Assembly: GCA_015232565.1 (NCBI GenBank)
Contig: JADFZK010000001.1
Coordinates: 77,160 to 141,159, forward strand
DNA from: Candidatus Omnitrophota bacterium
Lineage (GTDB): Bacteria > Omnitrophota > Gorgyraeia > Zapsychrales > Fredricksoniimonadaceae
Length of the DNA stretch: 64,000 bases
Reading direction: 5' to 3'
Shown: piece by piece, positions 9,223-18,896 of the stretch
Numbering within the stretch: position 1 is the first letter of the stretch
How the letters are laid out: every line of letters begins with the position of its first letter
Translations under genes and position numbers: made by a program
Notes under the pieces: model-generated
The model's input: the letters and a program-made list of their open reading frames with translations, nothing else
Database searches by the model: none
Told to the model about the DNA's origin: nothing

Positions 9223-10169
9223 AGCGAGTTAAGAAAGTCTTGATAACGGGGGCAAGCGGGTTTATTGGCGCTAACCTGGCCCGGGCTTTGTTGGCTCAGG
9301 GGCACGAGGTTCATGTCCTGTTGCGTCCCCAAGCGAGTCTGTGGCGCCTGCAGGGGGTGATGGCCTGTTTGCAAAAGCATGCCGTTAACCTGCAGGACGG
9401 TAAAAAGCTAGGACCATTGTTGGGCAAGATCGCGGCTGAATGGGTTTTTCATTTAGCGACATACGGCGCGTATTCCAGTCAGCAAGATATCGATACAGCA
9501 GTGCTAACTAATATAACCGGAATAAATCATTTGTTGCCTGCTGCGCTTGATGCGGGTTGCGAGTCTTTTGTTAATGTTGGTTCATCTTCAGAATACGGGT
9601 TCAAGGATCATGCGCCTAAAGAAAATGAGGTTTTGGAGCCGAACAGTCATTATGCCTTAACCAAAGCGTATGCTACGATGTTTTGTCGGCATACGTCCCT
9701 TACACGGGATCGGCATGTTGTGTCATTAAGGCCGTATTCGGTTTATGGTCCTTATGAAGAGCCGTCGCGGTTCATTCCGCAGTTGGTGTTAAGCGGGTTA
9801 AAAGGCGGGTATCCTCCGTTGGTTGGTCCCGGGGTGGCGCGTGATTATGTGTATGTGGATGATTTTGTGCGGGCTTGTATCTTGGCCGCGCAGAAAACGG
9901 ATCTACCGCGCGGCATGGTTTTTAATGTAGGTACTGGTCGACAGACCACGATTCGGCAGGCCGCGGACATAGCGCGTAAAATCTTCGGTATAGGGCGGTT
10001 GCCTGTTTTCGGCGGAATGGTGAACCGTGAGTGGGATACCAACGTCTGGGTTAGCGATAGTCGCTTGATCCGTCAATGGTTGGGCTGGGAGCCTGTGGTG
10101 GCATTCTCCGACGGTATCTTAAAGACGGTGGAATGGCTCGATCAAAACGGGGGCAAATGGAATGAATAG
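9219..10169 (+). CDS. NAD-dependent epimerase/dehydratase (extended SDR).
   Basis: It has the VLITGASGFIGANLARALLAQGHEV Rossmann motif and a YALTKAYA (YxxxK) catalytic motif. Confidence 0.75.
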   Translation: MKRVKKVLITGASGFIGANLARALLAQGHEVHVLLRPQASLWRLQGVMACLQKHAVNLQDGKKLGPLLGKIAAEWVFHLATYGAYSSQQDIDTAVLTNITGINHLLPAALDAGCESFVNVGSSSEYGFKDHAPKENEVLEPNSHYALTKAYATMFCRHTSLTRDRHVVSLRPYSVYGPYEEPSRFIPQLVLSGLKGGYPPLVGPGVARDYVYVDDFVRACILAAQKTDLPRGMVFNVGTGRQTTIRQAADIARKIFGIGRLPVFGGMVNREWDTNVWVSDSRLIRQWLGWEPVVAFSDGILKTVEWLDQNGGKWNE

Positions 10170-11802
10170 GGATCGTTGGATAGTCTTAACGGGGATTGTA
10201 GTTCTGCTGTCTTTTGCGATTGCCTGGGCTTGCCTGGCCGGGAGATTGACTCTTTGGTCCGATGAGCTTCCGCCTGTTCAAGCGGCTAAAGGTCTTTGGT
10301 TGACGGGCAAGCCTTTTTTGTATGATTTGGATATGGGTACGATAGGGGATAAACCCTATACACATGGGTACCCGATGTCCTTTCTGGGACAGTTTGTCTA
10401 CCGGGCGCTGGGTCACCCAAGTCTTTTTTGGTTTCGGGTTATTCCACTTTCTTTCGGGCTTGTGACCATTGTTTTCTTTTTGTTGTTCTTGAGATTCAGC
10501 GGCCTGGTGAACAGAGTGAAATTGTGGTTGTTGATTGCTTTGTTCTTCTCTTGCGCTATCGTTTTTGATAATTTGCTGTTTTACCGTTATTACACCCTGA
10601 TAGGGTTGTGCGCTTTGCTCAATCTGGTGGCTTTTTGGTATGGAGCGGCGGCGATCAAGGCTAGGTGTTGGTTGAAGGCGTTAATGTGGGCCCTTTTATT
10701 TATTGCCGCTTTTATTTATCCATTGGCCGGTCATTTGCAGATTGTCCATTGCGTGATTATTCCTGTGGCTGGGATTATATTGGCGTTCGGGTCCTCCGGC
10801 AGGTTGCGGGAATGGATCGTCTGTAGGCGAAAGATTCTGGTGTTTTTGGCGGCAGGCGCCGTCATTTTGTGGCCGCTCATTGTTTACGTGTGTGATCTTG
10901 GGCTTGCGCGTGTTGATGTCGGCGGAGGGGCGGTCTCCAGGACCTACATGACTATTTGGGATAATCTGTTCGGACTCGCACGGTTCGGTCTGGCCTTGAA
11001 TATTGTGATCCTGGCGGCAGTCTGGTGGGTTCGTGACAGGCAGGACAAGGCCCTGAATTTGGAAACGTTTTTGTGTTTGACCGGTGTTATTTCGGGATTA
11101 TTGATTGGATTCTGTAATCCGCATCATATGATCTTTCTGGCAAGATACTATTATGTTTCTGCCATGCTGGCTGTCCTTGGGGCTCCTGCGATACTGTTGG
11201 AAATGTGTCGTAATGGCCGCAAATTGGGCTGGTTGCTGGGGATGTTTCTTGTTATAAATTTTGCGTTAATTGCGGTGACAATGACACTGGAGCGTGACAA
11301 TATTGATCGTGCGGTCTCTTGGGTTGAGCAGAATCTGAGGCCAGATGATACGCTTTTATGCGGCCTGATCGAGTTTGAAGTTCATGGCGGGACAAACTTG
11401 GTTGGGCGTGCCCACCGTGTTGAGGCGTCCGAAGACATCCGGTCGGTGTCTCGTTTGCGGGCATTCCTTGAAGGGCAACCGTCGACCAGGGTTCTTTTGA
11501 TTTATGTTGACGCGTATCATCCTCGGGACACGCTTTATCATTGGACAACAGGTGAAAGTCGAGATCCGGTTTCTTCATTGGATGTATTTATGAGGATCAA
11601 GGCGGTTGGGAAGGATGCAGCTTATGGTCTTCGTAATTGTGGCGTGAGGGAATTTGACAGGCTGGCGCTGATTGATCAATTGCGCACGTTGGAGAAAACT
11701 GGGTTTGAGGCCCATTTTAAGGGCCTGGAAAAGCGTTGGGCCAAAAGGATATTTCAACATCTAAAGTTGTGGATCCAGGGGCGCTTCAACGGAGCACAAT
11801 GA
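10162..11802 (+). CDS. Multi-pass membrane GT-C-type glycosyltransferase (ArnT/PMT, GT39/GT83-like).
   Basis: It has more than 10 predicted TM helices. The first extracytoplasmic loop carries the acidic motif RLTLWSDELPPVQAAKGLWLTGKPF typical of the ArnT/PMT family. It has a large soluble C-terminal domain. Confidence 0.55.
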   Translation: MNRDRWIVLTGIVVLLSFAIAWACLAGRLTLWSDELPPVQAAKGLWLTGKPFLYDLDMGTIGDKPYTHGYPMSFLGQFVYRALGHPSLFWFRVIPLSFGLVTIVFFLLFLRFSGLVNRVKLWLLIALFFSCAIVFDNLLFYRYYTLIGLCALLNLVAFWYGAAAIKARCWLKALMWALLFIAAFIYPLAGHLQIVHCVIIPVAGIILAFGSSGRLREWIVCRRKILVFLAAGAVILWPLIVYVCDLGLARVDVGGGAVSRTYMTIWDNLFGLARFGLALNIVILAAVWWVRDRQDKALNLETFLCLTGVISGLLIGFCNPHHMIFLARYYYVSAMLAVLGAPAILLEMCRNGRKLGWLLGMFLVINFALIAVTMTLERDNIDRAVSWVEQNLRPDDTLLCGLIEFEVHGGTNLVGRAHRVEASEDIRSVSRLRAFLEGQPSTRVLLIYVDAYHPRDTLYHWTTGESRDPVSSLDVFMRIKAVGKDAAYGLRNCGVREFDRLALIDQLRTLEKTGFEAHFKGLEKRWAKRIFQHLKLWIQGRFNGAQ

Positions 11803-12386
11803 TGAATAGTCATGCCTGGAAATATGCTTTGTCATGGCTGATCGGGTGGGCCTACTGCCGTTGTTGTGGTGTTGAATTGGACAAAGGCCTTCGGGTTTAC
11901 GGGTTGCCTATATTGTTGCGGCATCGTAAGGCGAAGATCATTCTGGGCCGGGAGGTTGTCTTGAACAGTGATCCCCGTGTTAATCTGGCCGGTATTGTCC
12001 GCAGGGTCATACTTGCTGCGCCTTTTGCTGCAAGTGAGATCGTTGTCGGCGATCACACAGGCTTGTCGGGTGTGGTTATTTATGCCGCCCGCTCGGTCAG
12101 GATTGGAGCGCATGTTAACATTGGCGCGAATGCCTGTATTTACGATACGGATTTTCATCCATTGGATTGGCGTGCCCGGCGCGGCAATGATATTGCATTG
12201 GCGGTCTCGGCACCGGTGGTGATCGGGGATGATGTTTGGATCGGTGGAAATTCGGTCATCCTAAAGGGTGTTAATATCGGGCGCGGCGCGGTGATTGGGG
12301 CCGGGAGCATTGTCACCAGGGACGTGCCATCAGGGGAAATGTGGGCTGGAAATCCGGCCCGGTTTAGAAAGAAAGTTGTGCTTTAA
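11799..12386 (+). CDS. Hexapeptide-repeat (LbH) sugar O-acetyltransferase (WcaF/maltose-acetyltransferase-like).
   Basis: It has repeating [LIV]G hexapeptides (VGDHTGLSGVVIYAARSVRIGAHVNIGANACIY ... VIGDDVWIGGNSVILKGVNIGRGAVIGAGSIV). The ATG overlaps the upstream stop (ATGATGA). Confidence 0.7.
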   Translation: MMNSHAWKYALSWLIGWAYCRCCGVELDKGLRVYGLPILLRHRKAKIILGREVVLNSDPRVNLAGIVRRVILAAPFAASEIVVGDHTGLSGVVIYAARSVRIGAHVNIGANACIYDTDFHPLDWRARRGNDIALAVSAPVVIGDDVWIGGNSVILKGVNIGRGAVIGAGSIVTRDVPSGEMWAGNPARFRKKVVL

Positions 12387-12400
12387 GCGGTGTTGATACA

Positions 12401-13321
12401 ATGCTAAGAATCGCTTTTATTATTCCGACGAAGGATCGCGAGTTAGAGCTTGGTAGGCTCCTGAGAAGTTTGCAGGGACAGTGTCGGTTGCCGGAGGAGA
12501 TTATAATTGTTGACGCCAGTGCCGAGTTTAAGGGACAGGCCTATGTTACCGGAGGTTTCGGGCCGCTTGTGATTAAGCATATGAAAGCCCATCGCGCCTG
12601 TTTGCCGGCTCAGCGCAATCAGGGGTTAGAGCATGTAAGCTCTGGCATTGAGCTGGTGTGTTTCTTGGATGACGATATTGTGTTTTGCGAGGGCGCCGTT
12701 AAGGAGATGGCTAGCTTTTGGGATCAGGCTTCCGTCGATGTTGCTGGTGCGGTATTCAATATTATTAACGAGAAGTTTCCGACGGCTGGCGTGTATTTTA
12801 AAATGATCTTTGGAACTGGTTCAGTCCAGCGGGGTGCTGTGTTGCCCTCCGGGTATAATTCCCTGATGTGTCCTGCTATTGAGACGGCCTATGTGCAGTG
12901 GCTTTTTGGCGGGGCGACCGTTTGGCGGCGGAAAATATTCAGTGAGTTCCTTTTTGATGAGTGGTTCGAAGGGACCGGTCTGTGCGAGGATCTCGACTTC
13001 AGTTATCGTGTGGGGAGAAGATATAGACTGGTTGTGGTGGCTACGGCCCGTGTAGAGCATTTGTCCGGAGATGTCTCTCGTCGCCGTAATTTCTGGTTTG
13101 GACGTTCACAGCTCAGGAACAGGTACTACTTCGTGAAGAAGAATCAGCTGTCTATCGGCATGTGTTTATGGGCGAGTGCTGGGCAGATGCTGGAAAATAT
13201 TGTGCTGGGGGTTGCGAGGCGTAATGTAGGATATTGGCAACGGGCTTTGGGTAATTTTACCGGATTCTTTGAATTATGGACGATAAACGTTGTTTCGGGA
13301 CATCGTAAGCAGCAATCGTAA
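12401..13321 (+). CDS. Glycosyltransferase family 2.
   Basis: It has RIAFIIPTKDRELELGRLLRSLQGQ ... IIVDASAE, a GT2 fold N-terminus. Confidence 0.7.
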   Translation: MLRIAFIIPTKDRELELGRLLRSLQGQCRLPEEIIIVDASAEFKGQAYVTGGFGPLVIKHMKAHRACLPAQRNQGLEHVSSGIELVCFLDDDIVFCEGAVKEMASFWDQASVDVAGAVFNIINEKFPTAGVYFKMIFGTGSVQRGAVLPSGYNSLMCPAIETAYVQWLFGGATVWRRKIFSEFLFDEWFEGTGLCEDLDFSYRVGRRYRLVVVATARVEHLSGDVSRRRNFWFGRSQLRNRYYFVKKNQLSIGMCLWASAGQMLENIVLGVARRNVGYWQRALGNFTGFFELWTINVVSGHRKQQS

Positions 13322-13336
13322 TACGGAGTATTTTCT

Positions 13337-15172
13337 ATGTTGAAACAGTGGTCAAGTTATTTCTGCCTTGCCATGATCGGGGGCGCTTGTGTTCTTTATG
13401 CGCTGTTTGGTTCGTCCTTTGCTGAGATGCATACTCAGTTCGCTTTTCTGGACTTTCCCGTCTTTATCGGGGAATGGTTGATGATCGTTTGTTGGTGCGT
13501 GCTCATCGGTCAGATTCTTATGGAGCCTGTCCGTTGGAGTAGTTGGCGCATATTGATTTTATGCTATCTTTTTTGGGTGATGGTTAAGATGGCTGAGGGC
13601 TATATTCAGTACGGTCCTTATGCTTTGCGAAATGCGGCGTTGTTTTACTATCCTGTTCTTTCAATTATGGTGGTTCATTTTCTGCGTAGAGTCAGGTTTG
13701 GAGATGGTTTGCGAGTTGTGTTTCTTGTAACTTTATTGTACATGATTTCTTGTCTTCCTGTTCAGGCAAGTGCCCAATATGCCTGTTTGATGGGGGGCTT
13801 CTTTGTGGCGGCCGCGTTGTCCCGTTGCTGGCTTCGCAATATTTTTTTCATTCTTCTTATCTTTCTCTTTTTTATGCGTATCGTTTTGTTGAGTACCGGA
13901 CGCGGCTGTTTTACAGGCGCTTTAGTTGGTGTGTTATTTCTAGCGTGGTATAGCGTTCAGGTTTTGCGGCTTTCTGTCTGGAAACAGCTGTGCGGGATAG
14001 TGGTTTTAAGTGTATTTCTGGGTATAAGCTTATGGATGTGGGGAGACAGGAACGCGTTGCTTTCTTTGATCACGCCATGGAGAATTACCGAGAATTATCA
14101 TCTTTATGTAAGTCAAATTGAAAAGAAACGAATGGGTTTTGTTCCGCGGCAGTTAAAGGCAAAGACATACCATGAGAATCTGTCCAGGGTTGATCTCGCT
14201 AAGATTGATTCAGTCAAGACATTGTCTCAGACGCCGGTTATTGTGCATGATGTAATTACCCCTCAAGCTGTTGATCCAGAGCTGGCAGTGAAAGGGCCGG
14301 TTGCTGGGCAGTCTTCGTCAGCGGTTGCGGTTGTTGCGCCTGAAGTTATTGCCAGTCAAGCTGTCAATCAAAAGTCGGCAGTGAAGGGTCAGGTCGCTGG
14401 GAAGTCTTCATTAGCGGTTGCGGTTGTTGCGCCTGAAGTTATGGCCAGTCAAGCCGTCAATCAAAAGTCGGCAGTGAAGGGTCAGGTCGCTGGGAAGTCT
14501 TCATTAGCGGTTGCGGTTGTTGCGCCTGAAGTTATGGCCAGTCAAGCCGTCAAACAAAAACCGTCAGTTAAGTCGCGGGGTGTTGTTCGGCCTTCATCAT
14601 CGGTAATTGCTCCTGCAGTTATGGCTAAGCAGGTAGTTAATACTGAGTTCTCTGTTGACAATGAGATGTCGGGACAATTCGCACAGAGTGCAATTAATAA
14701 TTTTCGAGATCTGGACGCTGCTTATGGTAATGGCGTCTTTCGGCTCCTCATTTGGAAGGATATGCTTCATGAGCTTTTGAAGTATCGGCCTTTGTTTGGG
14801 TTTAGTTTTGGTTGGCCGCAACGATCACCGTCGCTTGAGATTTTGCGCATGGGAGAGGTCGATTGGTTACGGGACGGCTGGATTACGCCGCATAATGTTT
14901 CTTTACATTTGATCTATCGTGGCGGTATTGTTGGTCTGGCAATGATCGCTATGGTTTTGTTCTTTATTGCCCGTATGACGCATGATTTTATACGGGCACG
15001 TTCCTGGCGGGGCGGGGTGCTGGTGAGCGCTTTAATCTCTTGGATTATCATTGCGCAGTTCGGGGTGATCCTCGAATTACCATATAATGCGATTCCGTTT
15101 TGGACTTTATTTGGCGTTGTTGTGGCTTATCGTAATCGGTTGTTGGAAGGGGCTTTGGGTGAGGAAGGATGA
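13337..15172 (+). CDS. O-antigen ligase/polymerase-like (Wzy_C) polytopic membrane protein carrying an internal Ala/Val-rich tandem-repeat loop.
   Basis: It has multiple N-terminal TM helices. The C-terminal PHNVSLHLIYRGGIVGLAMIAM matches the Wzy_C HN..L...E.G..G signature. A 31-aa repeat (ASQAVNQKSAVKGQVAGKSSLAVAVVAPEVM) occurs about three times in the middle. Confidence 0.6.
   Translation: MLKQWSSYFCLAMIGGACVLYALFGSSFAEMHTQFAFLDFPVFIGEWLMIVCWCVLIGQILMEPVRWSSWRILILCYLFWVMVKMAEGYIQYGPYALRNAALFYYPVLSIMVVHFLRRVRFGDGLRVVFLVTLLYMISCLPVQASAQYACLMGGFFVAAALSRCWLRNIFFILLIFLFFMRIVLLSTGRGCFTGALVGVLFLAWYSVQVLRLSVWKQLCGIVVLSVFLGISLWMWGDRNALLSLITPWRITENYHLYVSQIEKKRMGFVPRQLKAKTYHENLSRVDLAKIDSVKTLSQTPVIVHDVITPQAVDPELAVKGPVAGQSSSAVAVVAPEVIASQAVNQKSAVKGQVAGKSSLAVAVVAPEVMASQAVNQKSAVKGQVAGKSSLAVAVVAPEVMASQAVKQKPSVKSRGVVRPSSSVIAPAVMAKQVVNTEFSVDNEMSGQFAQSAINNFRDLDAAYGNGVFRLLIWKDMLHELLKYRPLFGFSFGWPQRSPSLEILRMGEVDWLRDGWITPHNVSLHLIYRGGIVGLAMIAMVLFFIARMTHDFIRARSWRGGVLVSALISWIIIAQFGVILELPYNAIPFWTLFGVVVAYRNRLLEGALGEEG
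14256..14640. repeat. 93-bp in-frame tandem repeat array of about 3.5 units. The two central units are about 97% identical.
   Basis: Units at 14339-14431 and 14432-14524 differ at only 2-3 nt. Degenerate units flank them on both sides (14256-14338 and 14525-14640). Confidence 0.9.
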
Positions 15173-16203
15173 GTGAAGGTATGACGCAAGGCAAAGATTA
15201 TCTTGTGACCGGTGGCGCCGGTTTTATTGGGAGTAATTTTATCAGATATTTGTATCAAAATGTCGAGGGTATTCGTGTTCGGGTCCTTGATAAATTAACC
15301 TATTCCGGCAATCTGGCAAATTTATTCGAGTTCGAGGGCCGTAACGGATTTGAATTCCTCAAGGGAGACATTTGCGACGAGGCCATGGTCCGTAAGGCCA
15401 TGGATGGCGTTGATGTGGTCGTGAACTTTGCCGCCGAGGTTTCGGTAGACCGTTCGATCGACGATCCGCAATCATTCTTAAAGACCGATATCGTGGGCGT
15501 GTACACTCTTTTACAACAGGCACGAAAAATGCCGGGTCTGAAGCGTTTTATCCAGATCTCGACCGATGAAGTCTACGGGCATATCCTGGAGGGGAGTTTT
15601 CACGAAGCGTCCGAGCTGAAGCCGCGCAACCCTTACGCGGCCTCCAAGCTGGGCGGTGAACGGTTGGCTTACAGCTTCTTTGAGACCTATGGCGTCCCGG
15701 TGGTAATAACCCGGGCTTCCAATAATTACGGTCCTTACGCTTATCCCGAGAAAGTTATTCCTTTATTTATCACCAATCTGTTTGATGGCGGCACGGTCCC
15801 GGTTTTTGGCGCGGGCCGTCAGATACGGGACTGGCTTTATGTGGAGGATCATTGCCGGGCGATCAGACTTTTGGTAGATAGCGGCGTGAACGGCGAGGTG
15901 TATAACGTCGGCGGCAGTCAGGAGTGCGAAAACATCGACCTGACGCGCAAACTGCTTGTTCTGATGGGCAAGGATGAGCGCTCAATTAAATTCGTACAGG
16001 ATCGTCCGGGCCATGATATGCGCTACAGTCTGGATTCTTCCAAGTTGCTCAGGCTGGGTTGGCAGCCGGCATACGATCTGGATAAAGGCCTGCAGGCCAC
16101 TGTGGAGTGGTATCGTGCTAATGAAGCCTGGTGGCGGCCTTTAAAAGACAAACTTGATCCCCGTTACAGCAAGGGTTTCTGGGGTGAGAAGGGGGCCAAA
16201 TGA
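15169..16203 (+). CDS. rmlB: dTDP-glucose 4,6-dehydratase.
   Basis: It has YLVTGGAGFIGSNFIRYLYQN, RVLDKLTYSGNLANL and YAASKLGGE (YxxxK). Length and motifs are characteristic of RmlB/RfbB. Confidence 0.85.
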   Translation: MSEGMTQGKDYLVTGGAGFIGSNFIRYLYQNVEGIRVRVLDKLTYSGNLANLFEFEGRNGFEFLKGDICDEAMVRKAMDGVDVVVNFAAEVSVDRSIDDPQSFLKTDIVGVYTLLQQARKMPGLKRFIQISTDEVYGHILEGSFHEASELKPRNPYAASKLGGERLAYSFFETYGVPVVITRASNNYGPYAYPEKVIPLFITNLFDGGTVPVFGAGRQIRDWLYVEDHCRAIRLLVDSGVNGEVYNVGGSQECENIDLTRKLLVLMGKDERSIKFVQDRPGHDMRYSLDSSKLLRLGWQPAYDLDKGLQATVEWYRANEAWWRPLKDKLDPRYSKGFWGEKGAK

Positions 16204-16922
16204 AAGGCGTATTGCTCGCAGGCGGGACCGGGTCGCGGCTTTTGCCTTTGACCAAGGTCACCAATAAACATTTGTTGCCGGTTTATAAAAAGCCGATGAT
16301 CTATTATCCGTTGGAGACCCTGATCAGCGCCGGGATCAAGGATATCTTGATAGTTACCGGCGGTGAACATATCGGGGATTTCTTTCGCCTTTTGGGATCC
16401 GGGAAAGAATGGGGCGCGCATTTTAGTTACGAAATTCAGGAAGGTAGTGGCGGTACTGGCGCGGCCTTGCTTTTGGCCGAGTCGTTTGCCCGGGACGAAG
16501 AGTTCATGGTTATTCTAGGCGATAATATTGTGATCGAGAATGTCCGCCCTTTTGTGGATGAATTCAAGGCCGGAAAAGGACATTTTAAGGCCAAGATCCT
16601 GGTAGCTAAAGTAAAAGATCCGCAGAAATACGGAGTAGTAACCATCAAAGGTGATCGGATCGTGGATATCGTGGAGAAGCCCAAAGAGCCGGCTTCGAAT
16701 TACGTCAATACTGGCTTGTGGATGTTTCAGCCGGAAGTTTTTTCTTTGCTTAAGAATTTGAAAAAGAGCCCGCGCGGTGAGTATGAAGTTACGGATGTCC
16801 TGGCCAATTACGTTAAAGAAGGCCAATTGTCTTTTTCTATCCTTAGATCGGAGTGGACCGATGCCGGATCTTTCGAATCACTTTTTAATGCAACCGTTCT
16901 AATGCAGAAATTCGCGCCATAA
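16200..16922 (+). CDS. Short-form (about 240 aa) sugar-1-phosphate thymidylyltransferase (RmlA-like nucleotidyltransferase).
   Basis: It has [39 protein letters not shown], an RmlA-type signature. It lacks the C-terminal extension of long-form RmlA. Confidence 0.7.
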   Translation: MKGVLLAGGTGSRLLPLTKVTNKHLLPVYKKPMIYYPLETLISAGIKDILIVTGGEHIGDFFRLLGSGKEWGAHFSYEIQEGSGGTGAALLLAESFARDEEFMVILGDNIVIENVRPFVDEFKAGKGHFKAKILVAKVKDPQKYGVVTIKGDRIVDIVEKPKEPASNYVNTGLWMFQPEVFSLLKNLKKSPRGEYEVTDVLANYVKEGQLSFSILRSEWTDAGSFESLFNATVLMQKFAP

Positions 16923-17800
16923 TGAAGATCCTGGTGACCGGGGCGAATGGTTTTATCGGGCGGGCTTGTGTGGCCGCGCTGGTGGCCCGGGGCCATGAGG
17001 TCGATGCGCTTGATCTGGCGGATACGGGTTGTTTTAGTACGATCGGGATCAATAGTTTTCATGCCTGTGACATTACTGCTCCATTTACGATCGCCGGTGT
17101 TTTTGATGTGGTGGTTCATCTGGCCGCTTACAATATTACTCATGTGGGAGATACCGATCCGGCTATCTACGATCGCGTTAATGTTAACGGGACGGCCAAT
17201 GTCCTGGCTGGAATAGATACGCGCAGGTTTGTCTTTCTATCGACCAGCAAAGTTTATGGCCGGGATCAGGCTGTTATTACGGAAGAGAGCTTGATCGCGC
17301 CGTCACAGCCCTATGAAAAGAGCAAATTAAAGGCTGAAGGGTTGCTTTTAAACGCGCGCAAGGATGGCGGATTGGTGATCTTGCGTTCGGTAAATGTTTT
17401 CGGGCCCGGCCAGCCGGAGAAAGCGGTTATCCCGATATTTTGTGCCCAGGCAATGCAGAATGCTCCGGTTAAAGTGGTTGCTCCACGTGGTTCGTGGTTG
17501 CAGTTTGTGTATATTGACGATCTGGTGCGCGCTTTGGTCCTGGCGGCTTCGGCTGTTGAGTTAGCGGGGATATATAACGTGTCAACGGATGAGACCCTGC
17601 GGTTGGATGCTTTGGCGTTAATGGTCAGGAAGGTTTGCGGATCAGGGTCGGAAGTTATTTTTACCGACGAACGCTCTGTGTCGCTGAGCCGGGTTTCTTT
17701 TGACAAGTTAAAAAATAAGACTGGCTGGGAGCCGGCGGTTGCTATTGAGGAGGGTGTTCGGCGTTATCATGAATATTATGTCCAAAAGCCTTCAGCCTAA
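16922..17800 (+). CDS. NAD-dependent epimerase/reductase (extended SDR; RmlD or 4-epimerase-like).
   Basis: It has the KILVTGANGFIGRACVAALVARGHEV Rossmann motif and a YEKSKLKAE catalytic YxxxK. Confidence 0.7.
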   Translation: MKILVTGANGFIGRACVAALVARGHEVDALDLADTGCFSTIGINSFHACDITAPFTIAGVFDVVVHLAAYNITHVGDTDPAIYDRVNVNGTANVLAGIDTRRFVFLSTSKVYGRDQAVITEESLIAPSQPYEKSKLKAEGLLLNARKDGGLVILRSVNVFGPGQPEKAVIPIFCAQAMQNAPVKVVAPRGSWLQFVYIDDLVRALVLAASAVELAGIYNVSTDETLRLDALALMVRKVCGSGSEVIFTDERSVSLSRVSFDKLKNKTGWEPAVAIEEGVRRYHEYYVQKPSA

Positions 17801-18896
17801 AGTTTTGGTGTGCGGGGTTCTGCCGCCGCCTTTTTTTGGCCACAGTGTGATCTACCAGATGCTGATGGCTTCCTCTTTTCCTGCCAATGTCCGGGTGCGG
17901 TTTTTAAATATGCATTTCTGGTCTTATCAGACTAACAAGAAGGTTACCGGCCAGAAGCTTGTAAAGATGGTTAAGTATTATCTTCAGTATGTCGCCGCAA
18001 TTGTTTTTTGGCGGCCGCGCTATGTGCTCTATAACAGCAGTTTTTATCGTATGCCGTTCTGGAAGGATTTTTTGTTTTGTGCTACGGGGATCGCGCTTGG
18101 GCGTCGGGTCGTGTTTCATGATCTGGGTCAGTATGTGCGAGAATTGCATGATGGTTTGCCGGTCTTTCAGCGTGCGCTGTTGCGCTGGATGTTGCGTCAT
18201 TCAGCGGGCAGTATCGTTATGGGTGAAAGTGTGCGGGCAACCTACAAAGGGCTAATGAATAATGAAAAGATATTTGTTGTGCCTGGCGTAGTTGAAGATA
18301 CGAAGACTTTCGCTGTTGTGCCTAACCGCCCGGCAGGCTGGTTGTTAAATGTGCTTTATTTTTCGCATATGAGCCGTCCCAAGGGGATATATGTCGCTTT
18401 TGAGGCGGCGGCCAGGATCTTGCGTGTCCGTAGGGATGTGGCGGTAACCTTTGCCGGTCCACTTGAGGATGATGAGGTTGCGCGCAAACTGGACGAATTA
18501 CAGCAGGCTTACCCTGGGAGGGTGCGTTATCTGGGTTACGTTGATGACGCTCGTGAACGCACAGCCATATTTCGCGGGGCTGACGTATTCATGTTTACAA
18601 CCTTGAGAGATGTTTTCGGGTTGGTCCTTCTGCATGCCATGGCCGAGGGTTTGCCCATAGTGGCTTCTGATGAAGGAACTATTCCCGAGATCCTGCTCGA
18701 CGAAGGTCATGGGCTTTTGTTTGCGAAGGGAGAGGCTTCGGAGCTTGTTGCGAAGATCCTTTGGTTGGCAGAGAATGAGGTTCACCGGAAAACCATGGGC
18801 GTAGCCAATCGGAAACGGTTCGAGGAAGTTTACAGCCTGGAACAATATGGCGCGATTATGACAAATATATTCAGAACTCTGGATGTTTGCACGTGA
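17769..18896 (+). CDS. Glycosyltransferase family 1 (GT4, retaining).
   Basis: The C-terminal domain has the EGLPIVASDEGTIPEIL (E-x7-E-like) motif. The start is assigned to the ATG at 17769 and is uncertain. Confidence 0.65.
   Translation: MNIMSKSLQPKVLVCGVLPPPFFGHSVIYQMLMASSFPANVRVRFLNMHFWSYQTNKKVTGQKLVKMVKYYLQYVAAIVFWRPRYVLYNSSFYRMPFWKDFLFCATGIALGRRVVFHDLGQYVRELHDGLPVFQRALLRWMLRHSAGSIVMGESVRATYKGLMNNEKIFVVPGVVEDTKTFAVVPNRPAGWLLNVLYFSHMSRPKGIYVAFEAAARILRVRRDVAVTFAGPLEDDEVARKLDELQQAYPGRVRYLGYVDDARERTAIFRGADVFMFTTLRDVFGLVLLHAMAEGLPIVASDEGTIPEILLDEGHGLLFAKGEASELVAKILWLAENEVHRKTMGVANRKRFEEVYSLEQYGAIMTNIFRTLDVCT

Noticed and set aside
14256-14640. I considered whether the regularly spaced identical 93-bp units could be a CRISPR array.
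   Set aside because: The units are directly tandem with no unique spacers. They are in-frame within a long ORF and encode an Ala/Val-rich peptide repeat. No cas genes are nearby.
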